Source of the DNA: Eledone cirrhosa
Lineage: Eukaryota
DNA: 64,000 nt
Direction: 5' to 3'
Assembly: GCA_964016885.1 (NCBI GenBank)
Contig: OZ024740.1
Location: 337,342,001 to 337,406,000, forward strand
Shown here piece by piece: positions 22,970-35,519 of this stretch (position 1 is the stretch's first letter; each line of letters opens with the position of its first letter). Below the pieces are notes generated by a model. It did no database searches. It worked only from the letters and a program-made list of their open reading frames with translations, and was not told the DNA's origin. A program made the position numbers and the translations under genes.

Positions 22970-25900
22970 TATCATCAACATCATTTAACGTCCATCTTCC
23001 ATGCTTGCATGAGTTTGGGTGGGAGTTTTTCCACTTGAGGCAAGATTGGTTGTCTTGCTTGTATAGGACTGTCTGGCGGGTTTTCTACGGCTGGATGCCC
23101 TTCCTAACACCAACCACTTTTACAGTGTGGACTGGGAGGTTTTTACCGTGTTACCTACATGGCCACATTACAGCGTGGACTGTGTGTTTTTTTTTCGTGA
23201 CACCTACACGACCTCATTTATTTCGGACTGGATGTTGTGGTACCAACATAACTTTACATCGAAAGGGGTGGTGTGGATGGGGTGGGGGTAGTGGGACGGG
23301 GGTGTATTTTTGTTAGAGGTGCCTACTGACTGTAGGTTTCGCTTTGTACTTAGGCAAGGCGGGTCTTCTGTATTACTGTGTAGTGCCAAAGATCTCGGTC
23401 CAGTGACATTAGTCTTGGAGAGGTGTAAGTGTGTGAGGTCGGAATTTATCAAGTCGTCCCAGGTTTTTCTGGGTCTGCCTACTCCGTGGCTACCGTCTAT
23501 CTTTATCGCCCTGCACTTTTTTATACAGCTGCCGTCTTTCATGCGCATCACGTGACCATACCAACGTAGTCTTCTCTCGAGTAAACAACATCTGATTCCT
23601 CTTATTCCTAATTTCTCTCATAGTTCATTTATGCTTTGCCGTTCACGTATATTACTATTACACATCCAACGGAGCATGCAAGCTTCGTTCCTCTCCAATC
23701 TGCGCATATCCTCTGCACACAATGCCCAAGTCTGACTGCCATGTAACATTGCTGTTCGTATGCAGGCATCATACAGCTTGCCTTTCATTTTTAGAGAGAA
23801 CCCTTTAGCGGTCAATAGTGGTATAAGCTCTTTGAACTTTTTCTATCCCGTTCTTACTCTAGCTACTGTACTTTCAGAGCACCCTCCACCACTAGGTAAC
23901 GGAAGGTGTCCACTATTTCTATAGAACCATCTGTGCAATGGAATGAGCTAGTATTCTGTGGGCACTTGCTGCTACTTATTGCACCTGAGTACCGGCCACA
24001 TATAAAATCTATATTCTTAGTTAGCTTATCTTTGATCCCACTACATCTTTTATGCACCCATACTTTGCAATTGGGACATAAAATGGAGTTTCTGCCTACC
24101 CCTTTCCTACACACTGAGCATGGCCATTTCCCAGATGGGACCAGTGCCCTATTTTCCTTCCTACAAACTAGAACTTTAGTCTTTGACAGGTTAATTTTAA
24201 GGCCATGCTTCCATGTTTGGAATTTCTTCTCTAGTTCAGCCATTGATTCAGCTATGAGCGTTAGATCATCTGCGTATAGAAGTTCCCACGGGCAGCCAGT
24301 CTTGAACTCCTCTGTTATAGCCTGAAGGGCAATAATAAATAGTAGGGGGCTAAGGACGGAGCCCTGATGAACACCAACTTTTACGCTAAACTCTTCACTA
24401 TATTCGTTGTTAATTCTAACCTTGCTGACTGTTTCTTTAAACATGGCTTGTATAGCTCTCACAAGCCATTCATCAACACCTAGTTTCCTAAGAGCCCACC
24501 AGATAATAGAACGGGGGAACTCTGTCAAAGGCTTTCTCCAAGTCAACAAAAGCTAAGTATAGGGGTTTACTTTTAGCTAGGTACTTCTCCTGTAGTTGTC
24601 GTACAATGAAAAGAGCGTCTGTTGTACTTTTACCTGACACAAACCTGAACTGCATTTCGTCTAGATCAATTCGCTCTCTGATTAGTTGCGCTATTACTTT
24701 TTCTGTGACCTTCATGACCTTGTCAATTAATTTAATGCCTCTATAGTTTCCCCTATCTAGGGCATCTCCTTTACCCTTGTAGCAGTTAATGATGATGCTG
24801 CTGCACCAGTCCTTCGGAATGACCCCATTCTGCATGACTTGATTTACTATCTCGGGTGACCATGGTGTGTCCCACCGTTCCAGAGGCTTTCGGCATTTCA
24901 GCAACTATTTCCGAAGGCCCAGCCGCCTTGCCCATCTTCATGTCTTTGATCGCCTTACTTATTATACTACCTTCAACTTGCACTGCTGGTCCCTCTATTG
25001 GATCGATGGGGGGAGACTGTCTTTCTCCCATTTATTCTCCTCATTTAGTAGCCTTTCGTAGTGACACTTCCAAGCTACCTTCTTATCAGCGTCTGTGATG
25101 GCAAGTACACCATCATCATTAAGGACACACTTCTGCCCGACAATATCACGGTTTACCGTGACACATTGCCTAGCAATCCTGAACACCTCAGGGTTTTGGT
25201 CCTCGCGTTGTAGAACATGCTTGAACTTTCTTTCCTCTGCTTCTCTTCTTGCGAAGTACACTTGTCTCCTAGCTTCCCTCCTGGCCACTTGATAGTCTTC
25301 TCTACTTTCCCCATCCCGCCATACTTTCCAAGCCTGCTTTTTGGCCTTGATCAACTCCTCCACCTTACTGTTCCACCACCAAGTTACTCTCCTCCTGCCT
25401 ATAGGTCTGCTCCAGCCACAGATGTCAAGTGTCGTCTTCAGCAAGTTAGCTTTCAGGAATTCCCACTGTTCCTCTATATTCTACGACTCTAATTGCTCTT
25501 CCTTACTGTCAAAAGCATCAAGTAATATGCTTTTAAATTTATTACTGGCTGTGGGGTCCTTTAACTTCCATATTTTTCTCCTGAGGATAGTCCTCCTCTG
25601 TTGTTGAGTACATCTCGTCCTGACTATAAGGTCGCTAACTATGAGGCTATGTTGGGAGGTGCATTCTTCATGGGGGAGGGATTTAGTGTTTACAACAGAC
25701 ACTATGTCTCGTCTTCTGGTAAGGATATAATCTACCTGGCTGGTGTGTTCCCCTGATCTATAGGTGATCAAGTGATTGTCTCGTTTTTTGAAGTTAGTGT
25801 TACAGATAGTTAGGTTATTTGCGTCACAGAATTCCAGGATTCTGGAGCCTTCCTCATTTCTAGTACCAAACCCATAGCCTCCATGGATTCCGTCATAGCC

Positions 25901-26466
25901 GTCACAGTGTTGTCCAACGTGACCATTTAGGTCGCCAGCAATAATTATATAGTCACTGTCGGTTAGTTGGGAGGTAATGAGCATTAACGACTCATAGAAT
26001 CTGTCTTTTATAATGCCAGGCAGTCCGGGTTGGGGTGCATACGCAGATATTATTGTCACAGTAGTTCTATTGAGGACAAGTCTTATTTTAATTATTCTGT
26101 CGTTCACTCTATTTACGTCTATTATCTTGTCTGCCCACTTTTCTGCTACCATGATTCCTACTCCACCCAGCCCATTGTCATTACCCACAATGAATCTAGC
26201 AGACCCACCCCTCCACCTGGTCTCTTGAATACAGCAAACATCGACCTCCTTACGGTCAAGCATTTCTACAACCTCGTTAGAGCAACCTTTTAAGGTACCT
26301 ACATTCATGGTACCAACTCTGAAGTTTTGGATTGCGTTTGGAGGGTAGGAACGGTGGGGCGCAAGGGGTGGGGTAGGTGGGTGAGGGAGATGGGGTTATG
26401 TTAGCCATCTGCTGCCGAAATAAAGAGGAGGAGTCCTTGCATTCTTGTCCGGCAGCATGAGGTGAA
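22970..26466 (-). mobile_element. Near full-length RTE LINE (APE endonuclease + RT), frameshifted
   Basis: ORF 25481-26308 has TMNVG, IQETRW, SAYAPQ, GDLNGH and QVDYIL (APE). The RT is split over several frames. 3'UTR and (ATC)n tail at ~22970. Confidence 0.93.
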
Positions 26467-26468
26467 TT

Positions 26469-26501
<33 letters not shown>

Positions 26502-26573
26502 TAGGATTTAGCTTCAAGCATAGCTGTATACAGATATGTATAGGAATTTTAAATATTTAGGAAGTCGTAGCTA

Positions 26574-27140
<567 letters not shown>

Positions 27141-27141
27141 A

Positions 27142-27199
<58 letters not shown>

Positions 27200-27442
27200 A
27201 TTCAGAAACGAAATATATATAAACGGAAAAAATGAAACGATATTTCATTTCCCACTCTTAGTACGGCTGTTACTTAAATATAAGTATGTACACGTACATA
27301 CATATATGTATACCGACGTACAGTAGTATGTATATATATATATACATACATGCACACATATATATATGCACGTATGGATTCAGTGAACATTTATTATAAT
27401 GCTCGGTGTGTTTGTAAACAAACATCCCGTATTAAGCCGTAG

Positions 27443-27524
<82 letters not shown>

Positions 27525-27527
<3 letters not shown>

Positions 27528-30147
27528 CCAGGAATAAATTCCAAAGCATATTACTTGATGCTTTCGACAGTAAGGAAGAGCATTTAGAGTCGGACAATAT
27601 AGAGGGACAGTGGGAATTCCTGAAGGCAAACCTGCTGTTGGCGGCAGATGAAGTCTGTGGATGGAGCAGGCCTATAGGCAGGAGGAGAGTAACATGGTGG
27701 TGGAACAGTAAGGTGGAGGGGTCAATTAAGGCCAAAAAGCAGGCTTGGAAAGTATGGCGGGATGGGGGAAGTAGAGAAGATTATCAAGTGGCCAGGAGGG
27801 AAGCTAGGAGACAAGTGTACTTCGCAAGAAGGGAAGCAGAGGAAAGAAAGTTCAAGCATGTTCTACAACGCGAGGACCAAAAATGTGAGGTGTTCAGGAC
27901 TGCTAGGCAATGTGTCAAGGAAAACCGTGATATTGTCGGGGAGAAGTGTGTACTTAATGATGACGGCGTACTTGCCATCACTGACGCTGATAAGAAGGTA
28001 GCTTGGAAGTGTCACTATGAAAGGCTACTAAATGAGGAGAATAAATGGGAGAAAGACAGTCTCCCCCACATCGACCCAATAGGGGGACCAGCAGTGTTAG
28101 TCGAGGGTAGTATAATAAGTAAGGCAATCAAGGATATGAAGATGGGTAAGGCAGCTGGGCTTTCGGAAATAGTTGCTGAGATGCTGAAGGCATCTGGCAC
28201 GGTGGGACACACCATGGTCACCCGGATAGTTAACCAAGTCGTACAGAATGGGGTTGTTCCGAAGGACTGGCGTAGCAGCATCATCGTTAACTGTTATAAG
28301 GGTAAAGGAGATGCCCTAGATAGGAGTAACTATAGAGGCATTAAATTAATCGACCAGGTCATGAAGGTCACGGAAAAAGTTATAGCGCAACTAATCAGAG
28401 AGAGAATTGATCTAGATGAAATGCAGTTCGGGTTTGTGTCAGGCAAAAGTACCACAGACGCTCTTTTCATTGTACGACAACTACAGGAGAAGTACCTAGC
28501 TAAAAGTAAACCCCTCTACTTAGCTTTTGTCGACTTGGAGAAAGCCTTTGACAGAGTCCCCCGTTCCATTATCTGGTGGGCTCTTAGAAAACTAGGTGTC
28601 GACGAATGGCTTGTGAGAGCTATACAAGCCATGTATAAAGAAACAGTCAGCAAGGTTAGAATTAACAACAAATATAGTGAAGAGTTTAGCGTAAAAGTTG
28701 GCGTCCATCAGGGCTCTGTTCTCAGCCCCCTACTATTTATTATTGCCCTTCAGGCTATAACAGAGGAGTTCAAGACTGGCTGCCCATGGGAACTCCTATA
28801 CGCAGACGACCTAACACTCATAGCTGAATCAATGGCTGATCTAGAGAAGAAATTCCAAACATGGAAGCACGGCCTAGAATCAAAAGGCCTTAAAATTAAT
28901 CTGGCTAAGACCAAAGTTCTAGTTTGTAGGAAAGAAAATAAGGCGGCGGTCCCTTCCGGGAAATGGCCATGCTCAGTGTGTAGGAAAGGCGTAGGTAGAA
29001 ACTCCATTTTGTGTCAGAAATGCAAAGTATGGGTGCATAAAAGATGTAGTCGGATCACAGGTAAGCTAACTAAGAACATAGATTTCACATGTGGCCGGTG
29101 CTCTGGTGCAATAAGTAGCAGCAAGTTCCCACAAAATACTAGCTCCTTCAACTGCGCAGAGGGTTCTATAGAAATAGTGGACAGCTTCCGTTACCTGGGT
29201 GACAAAATCAGCAGTGGGGGAGGGTGCTCTGAAAGTACAGTAGCTAGAGTCAGAACTGGATGGAAAAAGTTCAGAGAGCTTATACCACTATTAGCCACTA
29301 AAGGGTTCTCCCTAAAAATGAAAGGCAGGTTGTATGATGCCTGCATACGAACAGCAATGTTGCATGGCAGTGAGACCTGGGCATTGTGTGCAGAGGATAT
29401 ACGCAGACTAGAGAGGAACGAAGCTTGCATGCTCCGCTGGATGTGTAATAGTAATATACGTGAACGGCAAAGCATAAACGAACTAAGGAAAAAATTAGAA
29501 ATAAGAGGGATCAGATGTTGTTTACTCGAGAGAAGGCTACGTTGGTATGGTCACGTGATGCGCATGAAAGACGACAGCTGTATAAAAAAGTGCAGGGCAA
29601 TAAAGATAGACGGTAGCCACGGAATAGGCAGACCTAGAAAAACCTGGGACGAGCTGATAAACTCCGACCTCACACACTTACACCTCTCCAAGACAATGTC
29701 ACTGGACCGAGACCTTTGGCGGTACTCAGTAATAGAGAAGACCCGCCTTACCTAAATACATAGTAAAACCTACTACAGTCAGTAGGCATCTCTAACAAAA
29801 TACACCCGCGACCCACCACCCCTACCCCATCCACACCGCCCCCTTCTATGTAAAGTTGTGTTGGTGCCACACCATCCAGGCCGAAACAAATGAGATCGTG
29901 TAGGTGTCATGACAAAAAAACACACAGTCCACGCTGTAATGTGGTCATGTAGGCAACACGGTAAAAACCTCCCAGTCCACACTGTAAATGTGGTTCGTGT
30001 TAGGAAGGGCATCCAGCTGTAGAAAACCTGCCAGACAGTCCTATGCGAGCAAGACAATCACTCTTGCCTCAAGTGGGAAAACCCCCCATCCAAACCCATG
30101 CAAGCGTGGAACACGGACGTTAAACGTTGATGATGATGATGATGATA
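27525..30147 (+). mobile_element. Young 5'-truncated RTE LINE
   Basis: Same family as 22970-26466, intact RT frame, 3'UTR and (GAT)n tail. Confidence 0.95.
27638..29755 (+). CDS. RTE reverse transcriptase ORF (705 aa, endonuclease lost by truncation)
   Basis: [43 protein letters not shown]-like finger, LRWYGHV. No internal stops. Confidence 0.9.
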   Translation: MAADEVCGWSRPIGRRRVTWWWNSKVEGSIKAKKQAWKVWRDGGSREDYQVARREARRQVYFARREAEERKFKHVLQREDQKCEVFRTARQCVKENRDIVGEKCVLNDDGVLAITDADKKVAWKCHYERLLNEENKWEKDSLPHIDPIGGPAVLVEGSIISKAIKDMKMGKAAGLSEIVAEMLKASGTVGHTMVTRIVNQVVQNGVVPKDWRSSIIVNCYKGKGDALDRSNYRGIKLIDQVMKVTEKVIAQLIRERIDLDEMQFGFVSGKSTTDALFIVRQLQEKYLAKSKPLYLAFVDLEKAFDRVPRSIIWWALRKLGVDEWLVRAIQAMYKETVSKVRINNKYSEEFSVKVGVHQGSVLSPLLFIIALQAITEEFKTGCPWELLYADDLTLIAESMADLEKKFQTWKHGLESKGLKINLAKTKVLVCRKENKAAVPSGKWPCSVCRKGVGRNSILCQKCKVWVHKRCSRITGKLTKNIDFTCGRCSGAISSSKFPQNTSSFNCAEGSIEIVDSFRYLGDKISSGGGCSESTVARVRTGWKKFRELIPLLATKGFSLKMKGRLYDACIRTAMLHGSETWALCAEDIRRLERNEACMLRWMCNSNIRERQSINELRKKLEIRGIRCCLLERRLRWYGHVMRMKDDSCIKKCRAIKIDGSHGIGRPRKTWDELINSDLTHLHLSKTMSLDRDLWRYSVIEKTRLT

Positions 30148-30379
30148 TATTATATATATATATATATATATACAGATCTATATGAGCAAGACACGGTCAT
30201 CCTACTCATCTTGCCTCTAATGGGACAACCCGTCTAACCCATGCTAGTATGGAAAATGGACATTAAATAATGAGGATATATATATATATATATGTATATA
30301 TTTACACTTATACATATATATTCATACATATATATATATACATAGTATAGACAAAACGACCAAGTAGATTGATGCTGTT

Positions 30380-32530
30380 AAGAATGTTCCCTAAATATTC
30401 AATGCATTGAAATGTTGAAATGAGTAATTCTACTTAACATTAGTAGTATTTTTGATATATTTATTCTAAAGCAGCCTATCCTACAAATACCATTGTATAC
30501 TGTTTTTAGTAACAATGTCATGCCACAGAGGATATGATATCTCAGTGGGATTTTTGGGCAGCTACACACCAAATGTATAATGTCATCCATAGATATATCA
30601 CATAATCAAGATGTTCAATTATATTTTGGCAGTTTAAGTACTTCACTGTATCTTTTGTTCAATAGGTATTTTGTAACTATCTCCTGTTATTGGTTTACAA
30701 GAACATAACTTTTGAAATATAATATGATATAGAGCCCTTGCCTTTCTCTTCCTTTTCCGTTTTCTTAACCACAAAAGCACTTGAACATTTTACAATAAAT
30801 CTTGTTTTTTATATTATAAATATCTATCTTAGCGAAGCTACAATTCCTGTTGATACTAGCATAGTTTTTACTTTACTAGAAACACACCTATGCACGACTT
30901 CTTGATATGTAGATGTTTCTTCACTTGTTCCTTGTTAAGGTATTCCCATCTAACAGTTCTGGGTTCACATGGAACAGCTTCAGGAACTGAGTACTTCTTG
31001 AAGAGTTCTTTCCCAACTTAATCCTTTAGTATTTAAACCGACCATAACCAGCTGCTCATACTTATGTTAAGGTATTTTTCTCAAAATAAATAATATCAAA
31101 ATCTCATAGATTCAATATTATGTGAGATAATTATATGAGATAAAGCCTTTCCTGTGAAAATATAATAGTAATTATAGAGCAATGTAAATGCTAAGGGTTA
31201 AATAATTGTTTCTACTTTTGGCACAGTGCATTACTGGTACTTTATTTTATCGACCACGTAAGGATGAAAAGCAAAGGTTGATATATTTGATTTTTCTGTT
31301 GTTGTTTATTAGAAGTTATGAGTGAGGGATTCCATACAACATTCAAATGCCCTCTGGACTGATCTTAGACCTTTACCTTCCATCTGTTCTTCTGAGATAA
31401 TGTGTTAATATAATAATTTATGTTGAGATCATCATTGACTCTGTGAGAGTTCTGTCACATCCCACCAAATGTTGTTATGTTGTACTGTTTTTAGTTAGCA
31501 GAGAAAAATAGATGTTAAACAGTGATGATGTCTAGTATCTCTAAATTAGCATTGGTTTCTATCAGTTAATTCATTGGTCACTTTGTTTTTACTGATCAGT
31601 TTACTTATATCCGGTTTTAAATATTTTTTATTATGCTAAGAGTTGTCATAGCTATTACCCCACTGCTGTTTCCATTGAGATTACTTAGTTATATATATAC
31701 TGTGTTTGTGTAATTATGTTGTATTTTTCTGGTGTACACAAAGGACATATCTAAGAATCTTTTATGTAAAGAGTGACATTGTTCTTACCCTGTTTATAAG
31801 ATAATTACATTTCAAATATGCTCTGCTAGAAACGTTAAGTCCATCCTCATCCTCATTATCATCATCTTTCTATACTGGCACAGGTTGGGTGGAATATTTT
31901 GAGGTAGTGTTTTATTGCTGGATGCCTTTTCTTGATGCCAACGTTTTTGGTTGTCTTTTACAACATGCTGTATATATTGCAGAGTAATTGTGTATGTTGA
32001 GTGTATCTGATGTTGAGCATTCCATTTGTTGTCTTGATGCAGTTTTACCAGTGTTTCCTGTTACAATAATGTTGTCTTATATATTAGTTATTTTTTATTC
32101 AATTTTCACTTAACAGACATGATTTTGATCTGAGTAGCTACATTCATTTTTAGCTATGGGCTGTGGGGCTTCTAGATATTTCATTATTTATAGCCTGAAT
32201 AGCACATATTTGGTTCTTTGTGTAGCTGCAGATAATTATTATGCTATTACTGTTAATAACTTGTTATATCTATGGTTAGTTGGGAATTGTTGAGTAAATA
32301 GTGTTAGTAAGTTTCTTGTCACATTTGTCTCGACATTGGTTGAAATGCAGATTGAACCAGGCGATGTTTCTGGTTTTGTTTGTGTGCTTTTGGGTATATA
32401 TTCCATTTTTACTTTGAATTCTCTATTTTTAAAGCTTCCTTTTATGATATTGCTGAGTCCACTATTGTTTTGTTAGAGGATATTGTGGAGATTATTCAGT
32501 TCGTGTTGGTGACTAGATTCATTGTTATTG
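30380..32530 (-). pseudogene. Highly decayed R4/Dong-like element interrupted by a MITE and a SINE fragment
   Basis: DDIIHLVCSCPK..RY aligns with EDITHVISSCPKMSSRYY of the 5329 ORF. Further weak homology near 30660 and 31340. Upstream boundary uncertain. Confidence 0.55.
31022..31197. mobile_element. TTAA-flanked piggyBac-like MITE (internally deleted copy)
   Basis: TTAA|TCCTTTAGTATTT...AAATGCTAAGGG|TTAA. Same internal sequence as 41031, 42719 and 43533. Confidence 0.75.
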
Positions 32531-32634
32531 AAAGAGTGTGTGTATATATATGTATATATATATATGTATACATATATATATATCTATATATATATCTATA
32601 TGTATATAGATATATATATGTATATATATATATG

Positions 32635-32668
<34 letters not shown>

Positions 32669-32829
32669 TATATACATATACACATATATATATAAATATA
32701 TGTATACACACTTATATATAAATATATGTATACATATATACATACATATATATATGTATATATACATGTCCATCCATCCATATATACATACATACATACA
32801 TGTATAAATACCTCATCCCCCCATCCCGA

Positions 32830-33908
32830 AAATGTAGATTATGCAGAATCAAAAGTAAAGACATTAAATAGTATTGTCAACTATGAAAAAATGCCTTCTA
32901 GATACTATATTGCCCTTAGGTATGATGTCATAATCAGAACCATCTAGAATAGAGTAAGGGATGAAAATAACCAACTATATATTAAGACTGATGGGTCAAA
33001 AAAATATTGGTGGGATCTAAAAATATGTACCGTCACCAAATTAAAAGAAAATCAGTCTTATATTCTTGTTTAAGACCACAAAATAAAAGCATGCTTAGTG
33101 TAGTAGTAAATGTTGCGATAGAAATACAAGAAAAAGAGGACGTCTGTGGATTATTGATGAGGAGTTTGTAAATACGAGGGGGCTTCAAAAAGTTTGTGGA
33201 AAAAGTACATAGCTAAAAATCATATGCAGGGATTTTATCTCAATGCACCTGTACGTTCTTGTATTAATGTGTCATAACATGTTCTAACATGAACCCTTAA
33301 ATGCATGTTGCAACACAGCACTTCCAGTTGGAAGTCAGCACCTGCTCAAGTATCATAGCTTCCATCAAAACATCAAATTCATGGTGAAGTTAGGGTGGAA
33401 GAACAGGCAAATTATTGATGGTCTGGAGCAAGTTTATGAGGACAATGCCCCAAATAAATCATCAACCTACAAATGGGTAAATCGTTTTAGAAGTGGAAGA
33501 GACGAGGTTGAAGATGATCTCCAGTTGAAGATGTAAAAAAATCTGCTTTGACATGGTTTAAATCAAATGGCCCTCCGTTTTACACAAGGGCTTAAAGGCT
33601 GGTATCAATGCTTGCAGAAGTGTATTGACCTAGATAGAGCAATTATTGAAAAATAAACATAACTTAAACCGTTTTTTCCAATTGTCCTTTTTCCACCTCG
33701 AATATTACCTAATATACACTTTCAGTTTAATTCCTATTGGAGTGACAGATAAGCACCAACCTATCTGGAGCAAAGTATGTATTGTTGGGGATGGAATGCA
33801 GCTCCCTAATTCATATGATATCTGGGATAATTAAAACCTATATACAACCTACTTAAGATTTAAAGAATACTGGTCATAATAAATTCTAAATTAAAGTTAA
33901 AAGAGAAC
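32830..33908 (+). pseudogene. Decayed 3' part of an R4/Dong element split by a mariner insertion
   Basis: KMPSRYYIALRYDVI, KYWWD and LMRSL before 33175, resuming as YTFSLIPI after 33700. Confidence 0.65.
33175..33700 (+). mobile_element. Internally deleted mariner (irritans subfamily, Hsmar2-like)
   Basis: TA|CGAGGGGGCTTCAAAAAGTT TIR. IKFMVKLGWKNRQIIDGLEQVYEDNAPNKSSTYKWVNRFRSGRDEVEDD fused to C-terminal VKKSALTW..GWYQCLQKCIDLD..IEK. Right TIR partly deleted. Confidence 0.88.
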
Positions 33909-33974
33909 ATATATACATATATATTATAAAAAATATACATCCATATGTCTGTATATAATATATTATAAACATAT

Positions 33975-34124
33975 GAGGGCGGTGGATTGGCAGTATCGGA
34001 TGCCAATGGACTGAGTTCAAATCCCGCCGAGGTTAACTTTACCTTTCATCCTTACGGGGTCGATAAAATAAAGTACCAGTAATAGACTGGGATAATTGCT
34101 GGCCTTGTGCCAAAAGTAGAAACA
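33975..34124 (+). mobile_element. tRNA-derived SINE with 13-bp TSD
   Basis: TSD ATTATAAACATAT at 33962-33974 and 34125-34137. Internal deletion between the A and B boxes. Confidence 0.8.
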
Positions 34125-34504
34125 ATTATAAACATATACACACATATGTTTGTATATAATATATATATGTTTATATTCATATATATCTAAACATATGCAC
34201 ACACATGTCTTTATATCATATATATATATGTTTAAATACATATATATATTATAAACATATACACACATATGTCTGTATATAATATATATATGCTTAAATA
34301 GATCATCATCATCATCATTTTACGTCTGCTTTTCCCTGCTTGTAAGGGTGGGATGGGAACTGATTCTGGCTTGATTTCTACAGCTGGATGCCCTTTCTAA
34401 CACCAACCTCATTTACAGTGAGTGCTGGGTGCTTTTTTGCTGTAGCACCTCCACAACCACTTTGCAGTGGAATGATAGGGACACCAATCCCTATCATCTC
34501 ATTT

Positions 34505-34640
34505 CTACAGCTGAGTAAACTGGAGCAATGTGAAATAAAGTCTCTTGCTCAAGGAAACAACACATCACCCGGTCTGAGAATTGAACTCATAACCTTTCGA
34601 TTGCAAGGCCAATGCTCTAACCACTAAGCCATGTGCCTCC
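34505..34640 (-). mobile_element. tRNA-derived CORE/V-type SINE (second family)
   Basis: On the - strand: TGGCTTAGTGG (A box), GAGTTCAATTC (B box), CCTTGAGCAAG. Another copy at ~48330-48650. Confidence 0.7.
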
Positions 34641-35116
34641 ATATATATTATAAACATATACACACATATGTCTGTATATAATGTTTATATATATATATAA
34701 ATACATATATATTATAAACATATGCACACATATGTCTGTATATAATGTATACACCTATATATAAATACATATATATTATAAACATATACACACATATGTC
34801 TTTATATAATATATATATATCCACTACACGGAGTACTCTAACTGGACTACATCTAAGTGGACTGCCTATAACGATAACCTGTTATCCCGTATAATATATA
34901 TATATATATATAAATACATATATATTATAAACATATATGTCTTTATATAATATATATATATATAAATACATATATATTATAAACATATACACACATATAT
35001 ATATACATAATATATGTACATTTCTGCAAACACACATCTTTGGCAAAACATACAAATATTATTGATGCGGCTGGTTATAATGGCAATGATTTGATGATGA
35101 TGATTACAATGATAAT

Positions 35117-35304
35117 TGTTTCTACTATTGGCACAAGGCCAGCAAATTACCCAGTAGATTACTGGTACTTTATTTTATCGACCCCGTGAGGATGAAAGGC
35201 AAAGTTAACCTCGGCGGGATTTGAACTCAGAATGGCAAGGGCCGCAACTCTATGTGTCAAAGCATGGCGTCCGACCCTCTACCGGTACTGCCAATTCACT
35301 GCCC
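35117..35304 (-). mobile_element. Full-length tRNA-derived SINE with 16-bp TSD
   Basis: TSD TGATTACAATGATAAT at 35101-35116 and 35305-35320. Confidence 0.9.
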
Positions 35305-35347
35305 TGATTACAATGATAATGTTAATCATAATGATATTCTTTTACAG

Positions 35348-35519
35348 CCAGCTGACAGTTCTACTTGACCTGACTGATAAGAAGGACTCTGTCATTGTCA
35401 CTGACATAGCACTGAAGAAAGCTATAGAATCTGTACATATGACATGGGTAACAATGAAGCCTCCAATTGGTCAAATTACTGAGGAAGTAGCTAACAAGAT
35501 GCCACTAACTGATACTGAG
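35348..35519 (+). CDS. Host-gene exon (QLTVLLDLTDKKDSVIVTDIALKKAIESVHMTWVTMKPPIGQITEEVANKMPLTDTE), phase 2-0
   Basis: Acceptor TTCTTTTACAG, donor GAG|GTAAGT, 172 nt open and non-repetitive. Confidence 0.78.
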
